Program-made: the position numbers and the translations under genes
Origin: an uncultured Candidatus Saccharibacteria bacterium
GTDB lineage: Bacteria > Patescibacteriota > Minisyncoccia > Phycocordibacterales > UBA9973
Assembly: GCA_964500465.1 (NCBI GenBank)
Contig: CAZCNB010000005.1
Location: forward strand, 1-54,212
DNA: 54,212 nt
Direction: 5' to 3'
Shown: positions 1 to 7,189 of the stretch, one piece after another
Layout: each line of letters starts with the position of its first letter
How positions within the stretch are numbered: position 1 is the stretch's first letter
Notes under the pieces: model-generated
What the model was told of the DNA's origin: nothing
Databases searched by the model: none
Seen by the model: only the letters and a program-made list of their open reading frames with translations

Positions 1-322
1 ATACGAAGAATTTAAGAAGATGGATATGAGAGTCGGAACTATAAAGGAAGTTGAGCCAGTTCCAGATACGGATAAACTTTTAAAGTTCATGATTGATTTT
101 GGTGATCCAGAACTTCGTCAGATAGTTTCTGGGATTCATGAATTTTATCCTGAATATGAAAAACTTATCGGTAAGCAAGTGCTATATATAGTAAATCTTG
201 AACCGCGCATGATAAAAGGAATTGAGAGTCAAGGCATGCTCATGGCAGTGGATGGAATAGATGGTAAACCTGTATTTTTAACCCCTGAAGTAGAAGTGAG
301 TGCAGGCGCTCGCGTCAGATAG
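1..322 (+). CDS. 3' end of a gene truncated by the window edge: tRNA-binding OB-fold (EMAP/CsaA-type) domain, probably the C-terminal appendage of methionyl-tRNA synthetase
   Basis: The frame is open from nt 2 (YEEFKK precedes the listed Met), so the ORF continues upstream. VGTIKEV...DKLLKFMIDFG...RQIVSGI...GKQVLYIVNLEPRMIKGIESQGMLMA is the typical tRNA-binding-domain pattern. Confidence 0.6.
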   Translation, partial: YEEFKKMDMRVGTIKEVEPVPDTDKLLKFMIDFGDPELRQIVSGIHEFYPEYEKLIGKQVLYIVNLEPRMIKGIESQGMLMAVDGIDGKPVFLTPEVEVSAGARVR

Positions 323-323
323 T

Positions 324-914
324 ATGTTTGACCCAAATATAATAATCAAAGCTGCTGGTTTGATTGGGATATCTTTGGTAGTTTTTGCTGAGTCTGGGTT
401 ATTTTTTGGATTTTTTCTTCCAGGAGACACTCTTCTCTTTGCTGCTGGAATTTTTGCTTCACAAGGACTTTTCACTATAGAGGCTCTAATTATAGTTTGT
501 GCAGCTTCTGCTATTTTAGGTGATACAGTAGGGTATTGGAGTGGGAAAAAAGCAGGTAAGGCCTTTTTTGAAAAAGAGACATCTTTGTTTTTTAGTAAGA
601 AAAGGATATATCAAGCTGAACATTTTTATAAAAAACACGGTTCAGCAACTATAATACTCGCTCGATTTATACCTATAATCAGAACATTTGCACCAATTGT
701 AGCTGGAGTAGCAAAGATGCATTATAAAACTTTTGTAAAATACAATACCATTGGAGGTATTTTATGGGCATCATCCGTACCATTGCTCGGGTATTATTTT
801 GGAGGATTAATTCCAAATATAGATAGATACATTATGCCTATAATATTTTTAGTAATAGGTTTCTCGTTTCTCCCTTTTATGATTAAACTCATAAGACACT
901 TCCTTAAAAAATAA
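324..914 (+). CDS. DedA/SNARE-associated family membrane protein
   Basis: GLFFGFFLPGDTLLFAAG, ARFIPIIRTFAPIVAG and multiple TM segments. I prefer the ATG at 324, 1 nt after the upstream TAG, over the GTG at 300. Confidence 0.8.
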   Translation: MFDPNIIIKAAGLIGISLVVFAESGLFFGFFLPGDTLLFAAGIFASQGLFTIEALIIVCAASAILGDTVGYWSGKKAGKAFFEKETSLFFSKKRIYQAEHFYKKHGSATIILARFIPIIRTFAPIVAGVAKMHYKTFVKYNTIGGILWASSVPLLGYYFGGLIPNIDRYIMPIIFLVIGFSFLPFMIKLIRHFLKK

Positions 915-960
915 AGATAATCCTTTTATAACAATAATAAGTATCGTATAATAAAAGTAT

Positions 961-2586
961 ATGAAAGAAGTATACAGTCGACATTTTCCCACGCCATCTT
1001 TTCTGGCGATGACTTCTTGCGCACTAGATATTTCTGATCAATCGATTAAATATGGAGAACTTTTAGCTACCCCCATGGGTTTACGTTTAGGAAGGTTCGG
1101 ACATGAAAAAATCCCTCCTGGGGTAATAAACTCAGGCAAGATAGAAAACGAAAATGAGCTTATAAAAATACTAAGCAATTTAGCTAAACGTGAAAAATTA
1201 AAATTTGTTAGGACATCACTTCCCGAAGAGCAGATGTACCTATTTACAATTGCACTACCAAAAGCAACATCAGTAGATATACGTGAAGCTATTTCTCTAC
1301 AACTAGAAGAGCACATACCACTGAAAGCGATTGATACTATATTTGATTTTGAAGTTGTAACTGAAAATACTGATACAATTTTCGTACAAGTTCTAGCAAT
1401 CGCAATGGTTACAATAGAAAGCTATCTTTCTGTCTTCAAAAGAGCAGGACTTGTTCCACTATCATTTGAACTTGAAGCTCAAGCTATTGCTCGTGCGGTT
1501 ATCCCAAGAGGAGATATGAGCCCAGTAATGATTATCGACTTTGGATCATCTCGCACAGGAGCATCTATCGCTCACAATGGAAAAGTATTTTTTACTACAA
1601 CCCTTGATATAGGTGGAGTTGCAATTACGAATATGATTGCTAAAAACTTCAACATATCATACGAAGAAGCTGAAAAAATGAAACTATCATACGGTCTATC
1701 AAGCACTTCAAATGCTGATGATATTTTCCCAGCTATTCTAAATGGAATGTCTGTTCTTCGTGATGAATTAAACAGACACTATGTATACTGGAAAACCCAT
1801 GAAGATGATGGATTTAAACACGAAAAATTAGATAGAATTATACTCTGTGGAGGAGATTCAAATTTAACTGGACTTTCAAATTACCTTTCATCAAGTATGG
1901 GGATTAAAGTTGAAAACACAAATGCTTGGGTTAATATCTCTGATATGAAAAAATCAGTACCCTCCATGTCCTATGAGGAGTCCTTTGGCTATGCTACAGT
2001 GCTCGGACTTGCTCTCGCTGATTATATTCAGAAGCCACAAACCATAATAAATGTTTTGCCTGAAGAAGAAAAAAAATTCCTAAAAAAATTGTACTGGATT
2101 AGATTCTCCACAGTTGCATTCTCATTCTTTTCTGTTCTTTTAGTGTCAGCATCACTACTATTTTTACCATCCTATTTCTTTTCAATTTCCAAATCCAATC
2201 TTGCTATCAGTAGGTTAGAAGCTTTTAACAAAGCAAATCCTGAAATTTCTACAAATAACCTAGATAAAACTATAGCCGATATAAATTCAAAACTAACTAT
2301 CCTATCAACTAAAGACTCCCAATATATACCAAGTGAAATACTTTTCAATAACATATTTCGCAATCTTCCTGATGGTATAAAACTCAATCAAATAAATTAT
2401 TCAGAAGAAGCGAGTAACAATATTAGAACTATAAATATAATAGGTAAAGCAAGTGACAGAGCCGCGCTTAGAAATTTTAAATCTTCACTTGATAACAACC
2501 CAAATGTTGCTTTGACAGACCTCCCGATATCGAATTTTATAGAAAAGACAAATATCTCATTTACTATATTGGTAACCTTGAAATAG
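961..2586 (+). CDS. pilM: Type IV pilus assembly protein PilM (actin-like ATPase fold) fused to a PilN-like TM plus periplasmic domain
   Basis: The N-terminal ~350 aa has PilM/FtsA-like features (ALDISDQSIKY, IDFGSSRTG, ILCGGDSNLTGL). A TM helix (FSTVAFSFFSVLLVSASLLFL) and a ~150 aa PilN-like tail follow. Confidence 0.7.
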   Translation: MKEVYSRHFPTPSFLAMTSCALDISDQSIKYGELLATPMGLRLGRFGHEKIPPGVINSGKIENENELIKILSNLAKREKLKFVRTSLPEEQMYLFTIALPKATSVDIREAISLQLEEHIPLKAIDTIFDFEVVTENTDTIFVQVLAIAMVTIESYLSVFKRAGLVPLSFELEAQAIARAVIPRGDMSPVMIIDFGSSRTGASIAHNGKVFFTTTLDIGGVAITNMIAKNFNISYEEAEKMKLSYGLSSTSNADDIFPAILNGMSVLRDELNRHYVYWKTHEDDGFKHEKLDRIILCGGDSNLTGLSNYLSSSMGIKVENTNAWVNISDMKKSVPSMSYEESFGYATVLGLALADYIQKPQTIINVLPEEEKKFLKKLYWIRFSTVAFSFFSVLLVSASLLFLPSYFFSISKSNLAISRLEAFNKANPEISTNNLDKTIADINSKLTILSTKDSQYIPSEILFNNIFRNLPDGIKLNQINYSEEASNNIRTINIIGKASDRAALRNFKSSLDNNPNVALTDLPISNFIEKTNISFTILVTLK

Positions 2587-2587
2587 T

Positions 2588-3139
2588 ATGAAATCAAAAA
2601 ATGACATTTTAATATTAGGATTATCTATAACCGTTACTCTAATTGCTTTAGCTGTACTTATTTTCTTTTTTAAAACTATAGAAAATAAAAACAAACATAC
2701 TTCAGCAGTTTTGACTACACTTGCTGAAAAAGTAAAACAGAAAGAAAATATGAAATCTTTGGTTGAAAAACTAAACAAAGTTTCTGAAATGTCAGCAACT
2801 ATAAATAGCTACTTTGTTGACTCTAAAGAAGTAGATTCATTTATAAATTATCTAGAAAATCTCGGTACAAGCGCTGGTGTGGAATTGGAAGTTCAGAATT
2901 TTGATGTATCCCCAAATTCAAAAAATATATTAAATGTTACTATTTCAACCAAAGGTAGTTTCTCTAATACAATGAAGACCCTCATTTTAATTGAAAACGC
3001 TCCTTATAAGATAAACATAACAAGAACATTCTTAGATCAAAGCACTGAATCATCAAACCCTGATACTAAAGACCCACAAAAGCAAACAACAACCTCTTTC
3101 TGGCGTTCAGAAATTTCATTTAGTGTTTTAACCTCATAA
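2588..3139 (+). CDS. PilO-like bitopic membrane protein (hypothetical)
   Basis: Single N-terminal TM, a coiled-coil-like stretch, then a small domain. It starts 1 nt after the pilM-pilN stop. Confidence 0.35.
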   Translation: MKSKNDILILGLSITVTLIALAVLIFFFKTIENKNKHTSAVLTTLAEKVKQKENMKSLVEKLNKVSEMSATINSYFVDSKEVDSFINYLENLGTSAGVELEVQNFDVSPNSKNILNVTISTKGSFSNTMKTLILIENAPYKINITRTFLDQSTESSNPDTKDPQKQTTTSFWRSEISFSVLTS

Positions 3140-3142
3140 AGT

Positions 3143-3466
3143 ATGAAAAATTTTATAGAAAAAATAAAAAATAGTTTTACACAAAAGAAGAGTCAAGACC
3201 CAAATATAACCAACCCACATAAACATTGGATCATGATGTTAATTTCCTTCCTAGTAATAGGTGGTTTACTTATTATTTTTAGTTTGTATATTCTATACAA
3301 AATTAAAAACGAGCAAATATTTCAATCCACACCTAGCACCAACACTAATTCTAGCAATTTAAAAGAAAATTTAATAAAACAAGTTTCTGAAAGTTTTGAA
3401 AAGAAGATTGAAAAAACAAATGAAATAAAAAATAAAGCACCAGTATTTAAAGACCCTAGTTTATAG
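3143..3466 (+). CDS. Small bitopic membrane protein, function unknown, last gene of the pilMNO-like operon
   Basis: One TM (WIMMLISFLVIGGLLIIFSLYILY). It is closely spaced after the preceding gene, and I recognise no family signature. Confidence 0.3.
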   Translation: MKNFIEKIKNSFTQKKSQDPNITNPHKHWIMMLISFLVIGGLLIIFSLYILYKIKNEQIFQSTPSTNTNSSNLKENLIKQVSESFEKKIEKTNEIKNKAPVFKDPSL

Positions 3467-3477
3467 TCTATTCAGTG

Positions 3478-3549
3478 TGCCCCCGCCAGGAATCGAACCT
3501 GGAATAACGGCTTAGAAGTCCGCAGTTATATCCATTTAACTACAGGGGC
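3478..3549 (-). tRNA. tRNA-Arg (anticodon TCT)
   Basis: The reverse complement folds as a cloverleaf: acceptor GCCCCTG/CGGGGGC, anticodon loop CTTCTAA, T-arm CCAGG-TTCGATT-CCTGG, discriminator A. No encoded CCA. Confidence 0.8.
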
Positions 3550-3685
3550 ATATCTAACACATTTAAGATAGCATTTAACCTCTATTTTTCAAAGGGGTAG
3601 AGCACTACTATATATTGACAAAATGTTCTAAATATGATAGGGTTTGGGCGTGTATTGTTCTTTGAAACCCCAATTTTTATTTAAA

Positions 3686-3735
3686 ATGATTGTTTCTCAG
3701 AGTAATTTGATTTGATTTTTCTGAGAAACAATCAT
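3686..3735. repeat. Perfect 15-bp inverted repeat with a 20-nt spacer, just upstream of the lipoprotein gene
   Basis: atgattgtttctcag (3686-3700) is the exact reverse complement of ctgagaaacaatcat (3721-3735). Confidence 0.8.
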
Positions 3736-3760
3736 CATAAACTAAATAAAATTTAAACGC

Positions 3761-4462
3761 TTGAAAAAGAAAACCAAAAAAATCGCAACCATGATCGTAA
3801 TTGTATTAATTACTTTCATGTCAGCTTGTGCACCTTCCAAGAAGAGTGTAAAAGCCCCGACTCAGCATGCACCTATAGCTGAAGTAAAAAATAACGACAC
3901 CCTGTACTCAGCACTGACTCTGAAAGACCTGGAAGGTTTGACTCCCGAGCAAATAAAAGGTCTCCAGGTATATATCAGTCATCCGGTTACCATGAGCCGG
4001 ACCGAGGCTTACAAAGCGAAAGAAATCAAAAACGGGGTTCTTTACTGGATTGATACCAGCCGACTTGTTACGAAATCAATTGATGCACTTACTAAAGGGC
4101 AAATCATCTTGATCAAAAACCCAGGAAGTGCTTCGATTGAACTGGCGGTTTCATTCGATAAGGATGACAAATCGCTTACTTTAAAGTTCTATAATCCAAA
4201 CGATGTTGCCGGGAACCTGGTTCTTGTAATGTCTGATGACAGGATTGCAATCCGTGAAGGGTACAGATACGAAGTAAATACAACCGCTACCAGTACTGAC
4301 CAGTGCAAACTGTTGTTTGTTGGGAAAGGTAAACAAGGCTCATCCAGTATTAGTTCAACGGCAAAAGGAAATCCTGTTGGTAATACAGTGATTCCAATAA
4401 CATCACCAAATCCCAACTCTAAAATCATTCTTCCTGCCAAGCCAGTCAGGGATAGTATGTAA
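3761..4462 (+). CDS. Putative lipoprotein, unknown function, compositionally atypical (GC-rich)
   Basis: Lipobox-like signal (MIVIVLITFMSAC). TTG start at 3761, or ATG at 3791. About 50% GC in 3901-4020 by my count, with CTG/CCG/GCC codons that are rare elsewhere in the window. Confidence 0.55.
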   Translation: MKKKTKKIATMIVIVLITFMSACAPSKKSVKAPTQHAPIAEVKNNDTLYSALTLKDLEGLTPEQIKGLQVYISHPVTMSRTEAYKAKEIKNGVLYWIDTSRLVTKSIDALTKGQIILIKNPGSASIELAVSFDKDDKSLTLKFYNPNDVAGNLVLVMSDDRIAIREGYRYEVNTTATSTDQCKLLFVGKGKQGSSSISSTAKGNPVGNTVIPITSPNPNSKIILPAKPVRDSM

Positions 4463-4491
4463 ATTTTCAAGCCCGGGTTTTATCCACAAAG

Positions 4492-4523
4492 GCCTGTGTC
4501 GAAAGATGCAGGCTTTTTATTTT
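4492..4523 (+). terminator. Rho-independent terminator of the lipoprotein gene
   Basis: 9-bp stem gcctgtgtc/gatgcaggc (two G-T wobbles) with a GAAA tetraloop, followed by tttttatttt. Confidence 0.75.
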
Positions 4524-4526
4524 GTG

Positions 4527-4599
4527 TGCGCGGTGAGGGACTTGAACCCCCGACCTTCCCGGTGTAAACGGGTTGCTCTACCAACTGAGCTAACCGCGC
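4527..4599 (-). tRNA. tRNA-Val (anticodon TAC)
   Basis: Reverse complement: GCGCGGT TA GCTCAGTTGGTAGAGC A ACCCG TTTACAC CGGGA AGGTC GGGGG TTCAAGT CCCTC ACCGCGC A. Confidence 0.85.
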
Positions 4600-4641
4600 A
4601 TAAAGCAAATAGTATCATATTTTCTATATATTTCAACCGTA

Positions 4642-4650
4642 TGATAAGAT
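4642..4650 (+). promoter_or_regulatory. Extended -10-like box TGaTAAGAT, 6 nt upstream of the ATG at 4657
   Basis: tgataagat, then gtcgtt, then ATG. No Shine-Dalgarno sequence. Confidence 0.5.
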
Positions 4651-4656
4651 GTCGTT

Positions 4657-5445
4657 ATGAAGCCAAAGATTCTATACGAAGACCAAAATATACTTGTTTT
4701 AAGTAAACCGGCTGGACTTGCTGTGCATGGTGATCAAAAAAATCTCAAAGAAAAAACAGTTGCAAGTTTTCTTATTGAAAATTTCCCAAAAATTAAAAAT
4801 GTTGGTGAACCTATGGAAGTAGAAGCCAATGGAGGTAAAAAAGTTAAAATTTTACGGCCTGGAATAGTACATAGATTAGACAGAGAAACTTCAGGGGTTT
4901 TAATAATTGCAAAAAATCAGAAAACTTTTGAAAATTTAAAAGAACAATTTCAAAAACATACTATTAAAAAAGTTTATCGAGCTTTTGTTTATGGTTTTGT
5001 TTCTGATCCGAAAGCATCGCTTGCAACTGGAAAAAGAGGAATAATAAACGTACCGATTGGTCGTTCTCCTCGCGATATTCGTATGTGGACGGCTGGACGT
5101 GGTGCACGAGAACCACTTCGCGATGCAGTCACAGAATACATAGTGCTTAATAGGTTTTCAGATAATGCAAAAAAGAAAAATGAAGTTGATCACCAATTCT
5201 CTTATCTCGAAGTTTATCCAAAAACTGGTAGAACCCATCAGATTAGGGTTCATATGAGATATATAAACCATCCAATAGTTTCTGACCCATTATATAGAGG
5301 AATAAAAGATAAAACATTGGGCATGGAAAGGCTTGCACTACATGCATGTTCTATAACTTTCAAACTTCCAAATGGAGAAACAAAGACAGTAGAAGCTCCT
5401 ATACCAGTAGATTTTAATAATGTTATAGATAAATATCTAAAATAA
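4657..5445 (+). CDS. RluA-family pseudouridine synthase
   Basis: Catalytic motif HRLDRETSGVLIIAK, plus YRAFV and GRTHQIRVH motifs. Confidence 0.85.
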   Translation: MKPKILYEDQNILVLSKPAGLAVHGDQKNLKEKTVASFLIENFPKIKNVGEPMEVEANGGKKVKILRPGIVHRLDRETSGVLIIAKNQKTFENLKEQFQKHTIKKVYRAFVYGFVSDPKASLATGKRGIINVPIGRSPRDIRMWTAGRGAREPLRDAVTEYIVLNRFSDNAKKKNEVDHQFSYLEVYPKTGRTHQIRVHMRYINHPIVSDPLYRGIKDKTLGMERLALHACSITFKLPNGETKTVEAPIPVDFNNVIDKYLK

Positions 5446-5463
5446 TAAGGTTTCTTGCTTAAA

Positions 5464-5898
5464 ATGACTATATATGATAAAGTAGGCCCTATGGTAACAG
5501 CAGAATTAACTAAAAAACAATTTACTTCGGTAGATCAAGCAAGCCGAAAAGCTTTAGATTTTAAGGCTGGAGACACTATTCGTGTATGGAGTAAGATTCA
5601 AGAAAAAGGAAAAACTCGTCTTCAGGCTTTTGAAGGGTTGGTACTTTCTAGAAAACATGGTACTGAACCAGGTGCAACATTTACTGTTCGTAAAGTTGCA
5701 TCAGGGGTAGGAGTAGAGCGTATATTTCCATTGTATTCTCCAAACATAGATAAAGTAGAAGTGCTTCGTCATTCAAAAACTCGCAGAAGTAAACTCTACT
5801 ACATAAGAACAAAAGCAGTTAAGGAAGTAAAGAAGAGATTAAAGAGTGTTACTCTCTCAAAAGAAGAATCTGAAGAAGCATCAACTAAATCTGAGTAA
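5464..5898 (+). CDS. rplS: 50S ribosomal protein L19
   Basis: FKAGDTIRVWSKIQEKGKTRLQAFEGLVLSRKH...FTVRKVASGVGVERIFPLYSP...RRSKLYYIR. The start is uncertain: TTG 5455, ATG 5464 or ATG 5491. Confidence 0.9.
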   Translation: MTIYDKVGPMVTAELTKKQFTSVDQASRKALDFKAGDTIRVWSKIQEKGKTRLQAFEGLVLSRKHGTEPGATFTVRKVASGVGVERIFPLYSPNIDKVEVLRHSKTRRSKLYYIRTKAVKEVKKRLKSVTLSKEESEEASTKSE

Positions 5899-5905
5899 AT
5901 ATAAT

Positions 5906-5929
5906 CCCGCGGAAATGCGGGTTTTATAT
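5906..5929 (+). terminator. Rho-independent terminator after rplS
   Basis: cccgc-ggaaat-gcggg followed by ttttatatt. Confidence 0.6.
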
Positions 5930-5966
5930 TGAAAAAAATTGCTTTTTTCTGTATTGTTAAGTTCAT

Positions 5967-6050
5967 GCGCAGGTGGCGAAACTGGTAGACGCACTACCTT
6001 GAGGTGGTAGCGGGAGCAATCTTGTGGGAGTTCAAATCTCCCCCTGCGCA
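5967..6050 (+). tRNA. tRNA-Leu (anticodon GAG), long variable arm
   Basis: Acceptor GCGCAGG/CCTGCGC, anticodon arm CTACC-TTGAGGT-GGTAG, T-arm GGGAG-TTCAAAT-CTCCC. It ends 2 nt before the msrA ATG. Confidence 0.85.
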
Positions 6051-6052
6051 CT

Positions 6053-6589
6053 ATGAATAAAGTTATTTTTGCAGGAGGATGTTTTTGGTGTGTAGAACAT
6101 GATTTGCGAGAAGCAAATGGTGTTATTAGTGTTACGTCTGGTTACTCTGGAGGAGATACAAATAATCCAACATATGAAAACCACAAAGGCCATAGAGAAG
6201 TTGTATTAGTAGAATACGATTCTTCAAAAACCAATTTTAAAAAATTAGCACAATTCTTTTTAGATCATATAGATCCTACTGATTCTGGTGGTCAATTTGG
6301 CGACAGAGGGTCAAGTTATAAGACTGCAATATTCTATAATAACGAAGAGGAAAAAAATATTGCTCTTAGTTTGTTGAAAGAGTTAGATGAAAGTCGTGTA
6401 TATGATAAACCCAATTCAGTTGAAGTATTAGAAGCAAAAAATTTCTATAAAGCTGAAGAATATCATCAAAATTATGCTGAAAAAAATAAGGTTCACTATT
6501 CTTTATATAGAAAGGGTTCTGGTCGTGAGGATTTTATTAACCGCACTTGTGCCATAAGAGAATATAAGCACATTAATTGGAAAGATTAG
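6053..6589 (+). CDS. msrA: Peptide methionine (S)-S-oxide reductase MsrA
   Basis: N-terminal GGCFWC active-site motif; GYSGG, GHREVV and YHQNY motifs. Confidence 0.9.
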   Translation: MNKVIFAGGCFWCVEHDLREANGVISVTSGYSGGDTNNPTYENHKGHREVVLVEYDSSKTNFKKLAQFFLDHIDPTDSGGQFGDRGSSYKTAIFYNNEEEKNIALSLLKELDESRVYDKPNSVEVLEAKNFYKAEEYHQNYAEKNKVHYSLYRKGSGREDFINRTCAIREYKHINWKD

Positions 6590-6597
6590 AATAATTT

Positions 6598-7167
6598 ATG
6601 TTAACACTACTTTTTATTTTCGAATGTTTTTTGGTACTTGTCTTATTTGTTGCTTTTATACTACTTGTGATATGGATGGTATCTGGATACCGTTCGAAAG
6701 TCCCTTTTGTCCCAGTGCCTAATTCAATACTTAACGATATATATAAAGCATTAGATGTTAAAAAAGATAGCGTAGTATATGACCTTGGTTGTGGTGAGGG
6801 TAGGGTATTGTTTTATATATCAAAACTAATACCAACCGCAAAGTACATAGGCATAGAAAATAGTCAGTTCCCACTTATACTTGCTCGTGCACGTGCATGG
6901 TGGCATAGAAAAATAAATAAAACCAAAATAGAAATCGTTAATCAAGACTTTTTTACGCATGATTTATCTAATGCCACACATATATTTACGTATTTATACC
7001 CAAATGTAATGGATGATCTACTGCCGAAATTAGAAAAGGAAGTAAAAAAAGGAACCAAACTTGTTTCAGTTACATTTAAATTTACAACCAAGCAACCAAT
7101 TAAAGAAATAGATCTAGGTAGAAAGAAATACCAATTAGCTAGAACTATATATGTTTATGAATTTTAG
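6598..7167 (+). CDS. Class I SAM-dependent methyltransferase with an N-terminal TM anchor
   Basis: Motif I VYDLGCGEGRVL, and an N-terminal hydrophobic helix. Confidence 0.6.
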   Translation: MLTLLFIFECFLVLVLFVAFILLVIWMVSGYRSKVPFVPVPNSILNDIYKALDVKKDSVVYDLGCGEGRVLFYISKLIPTAKYIGIENSQFPLILARARAWWHRKINKTKIEIVNQDFFTHDLSNATHIFTYLYPNVMDDLLPKLEKEVKKGTKLVSVTFKFTTKQPIKEIDLGRKKYQLARTIYVYEF

Positions 7168-7174
7168 TTCAAAA

Positions 7175-7183
7175 TGATATAAT
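7175..7183 (+). promoter_or_regulatory. Extended -10 box TGaTATAAT, 6 nt upstream of the ATG at 7190
   Basis: tgatataat, then agttga, then ATG. No Shine-Dalgarno sequence. Confidence 0.55.
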
Positions 7184-7189
7184 AGTTGA

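Noticed and set aside
4506-4706. 66-aa plus-strand ORF in the supplied track
   Set aside because: It runs antisense through tRNA-Val (4527-4599) and into the start of the RluA-like gene. It has no coding signature and is spurious.
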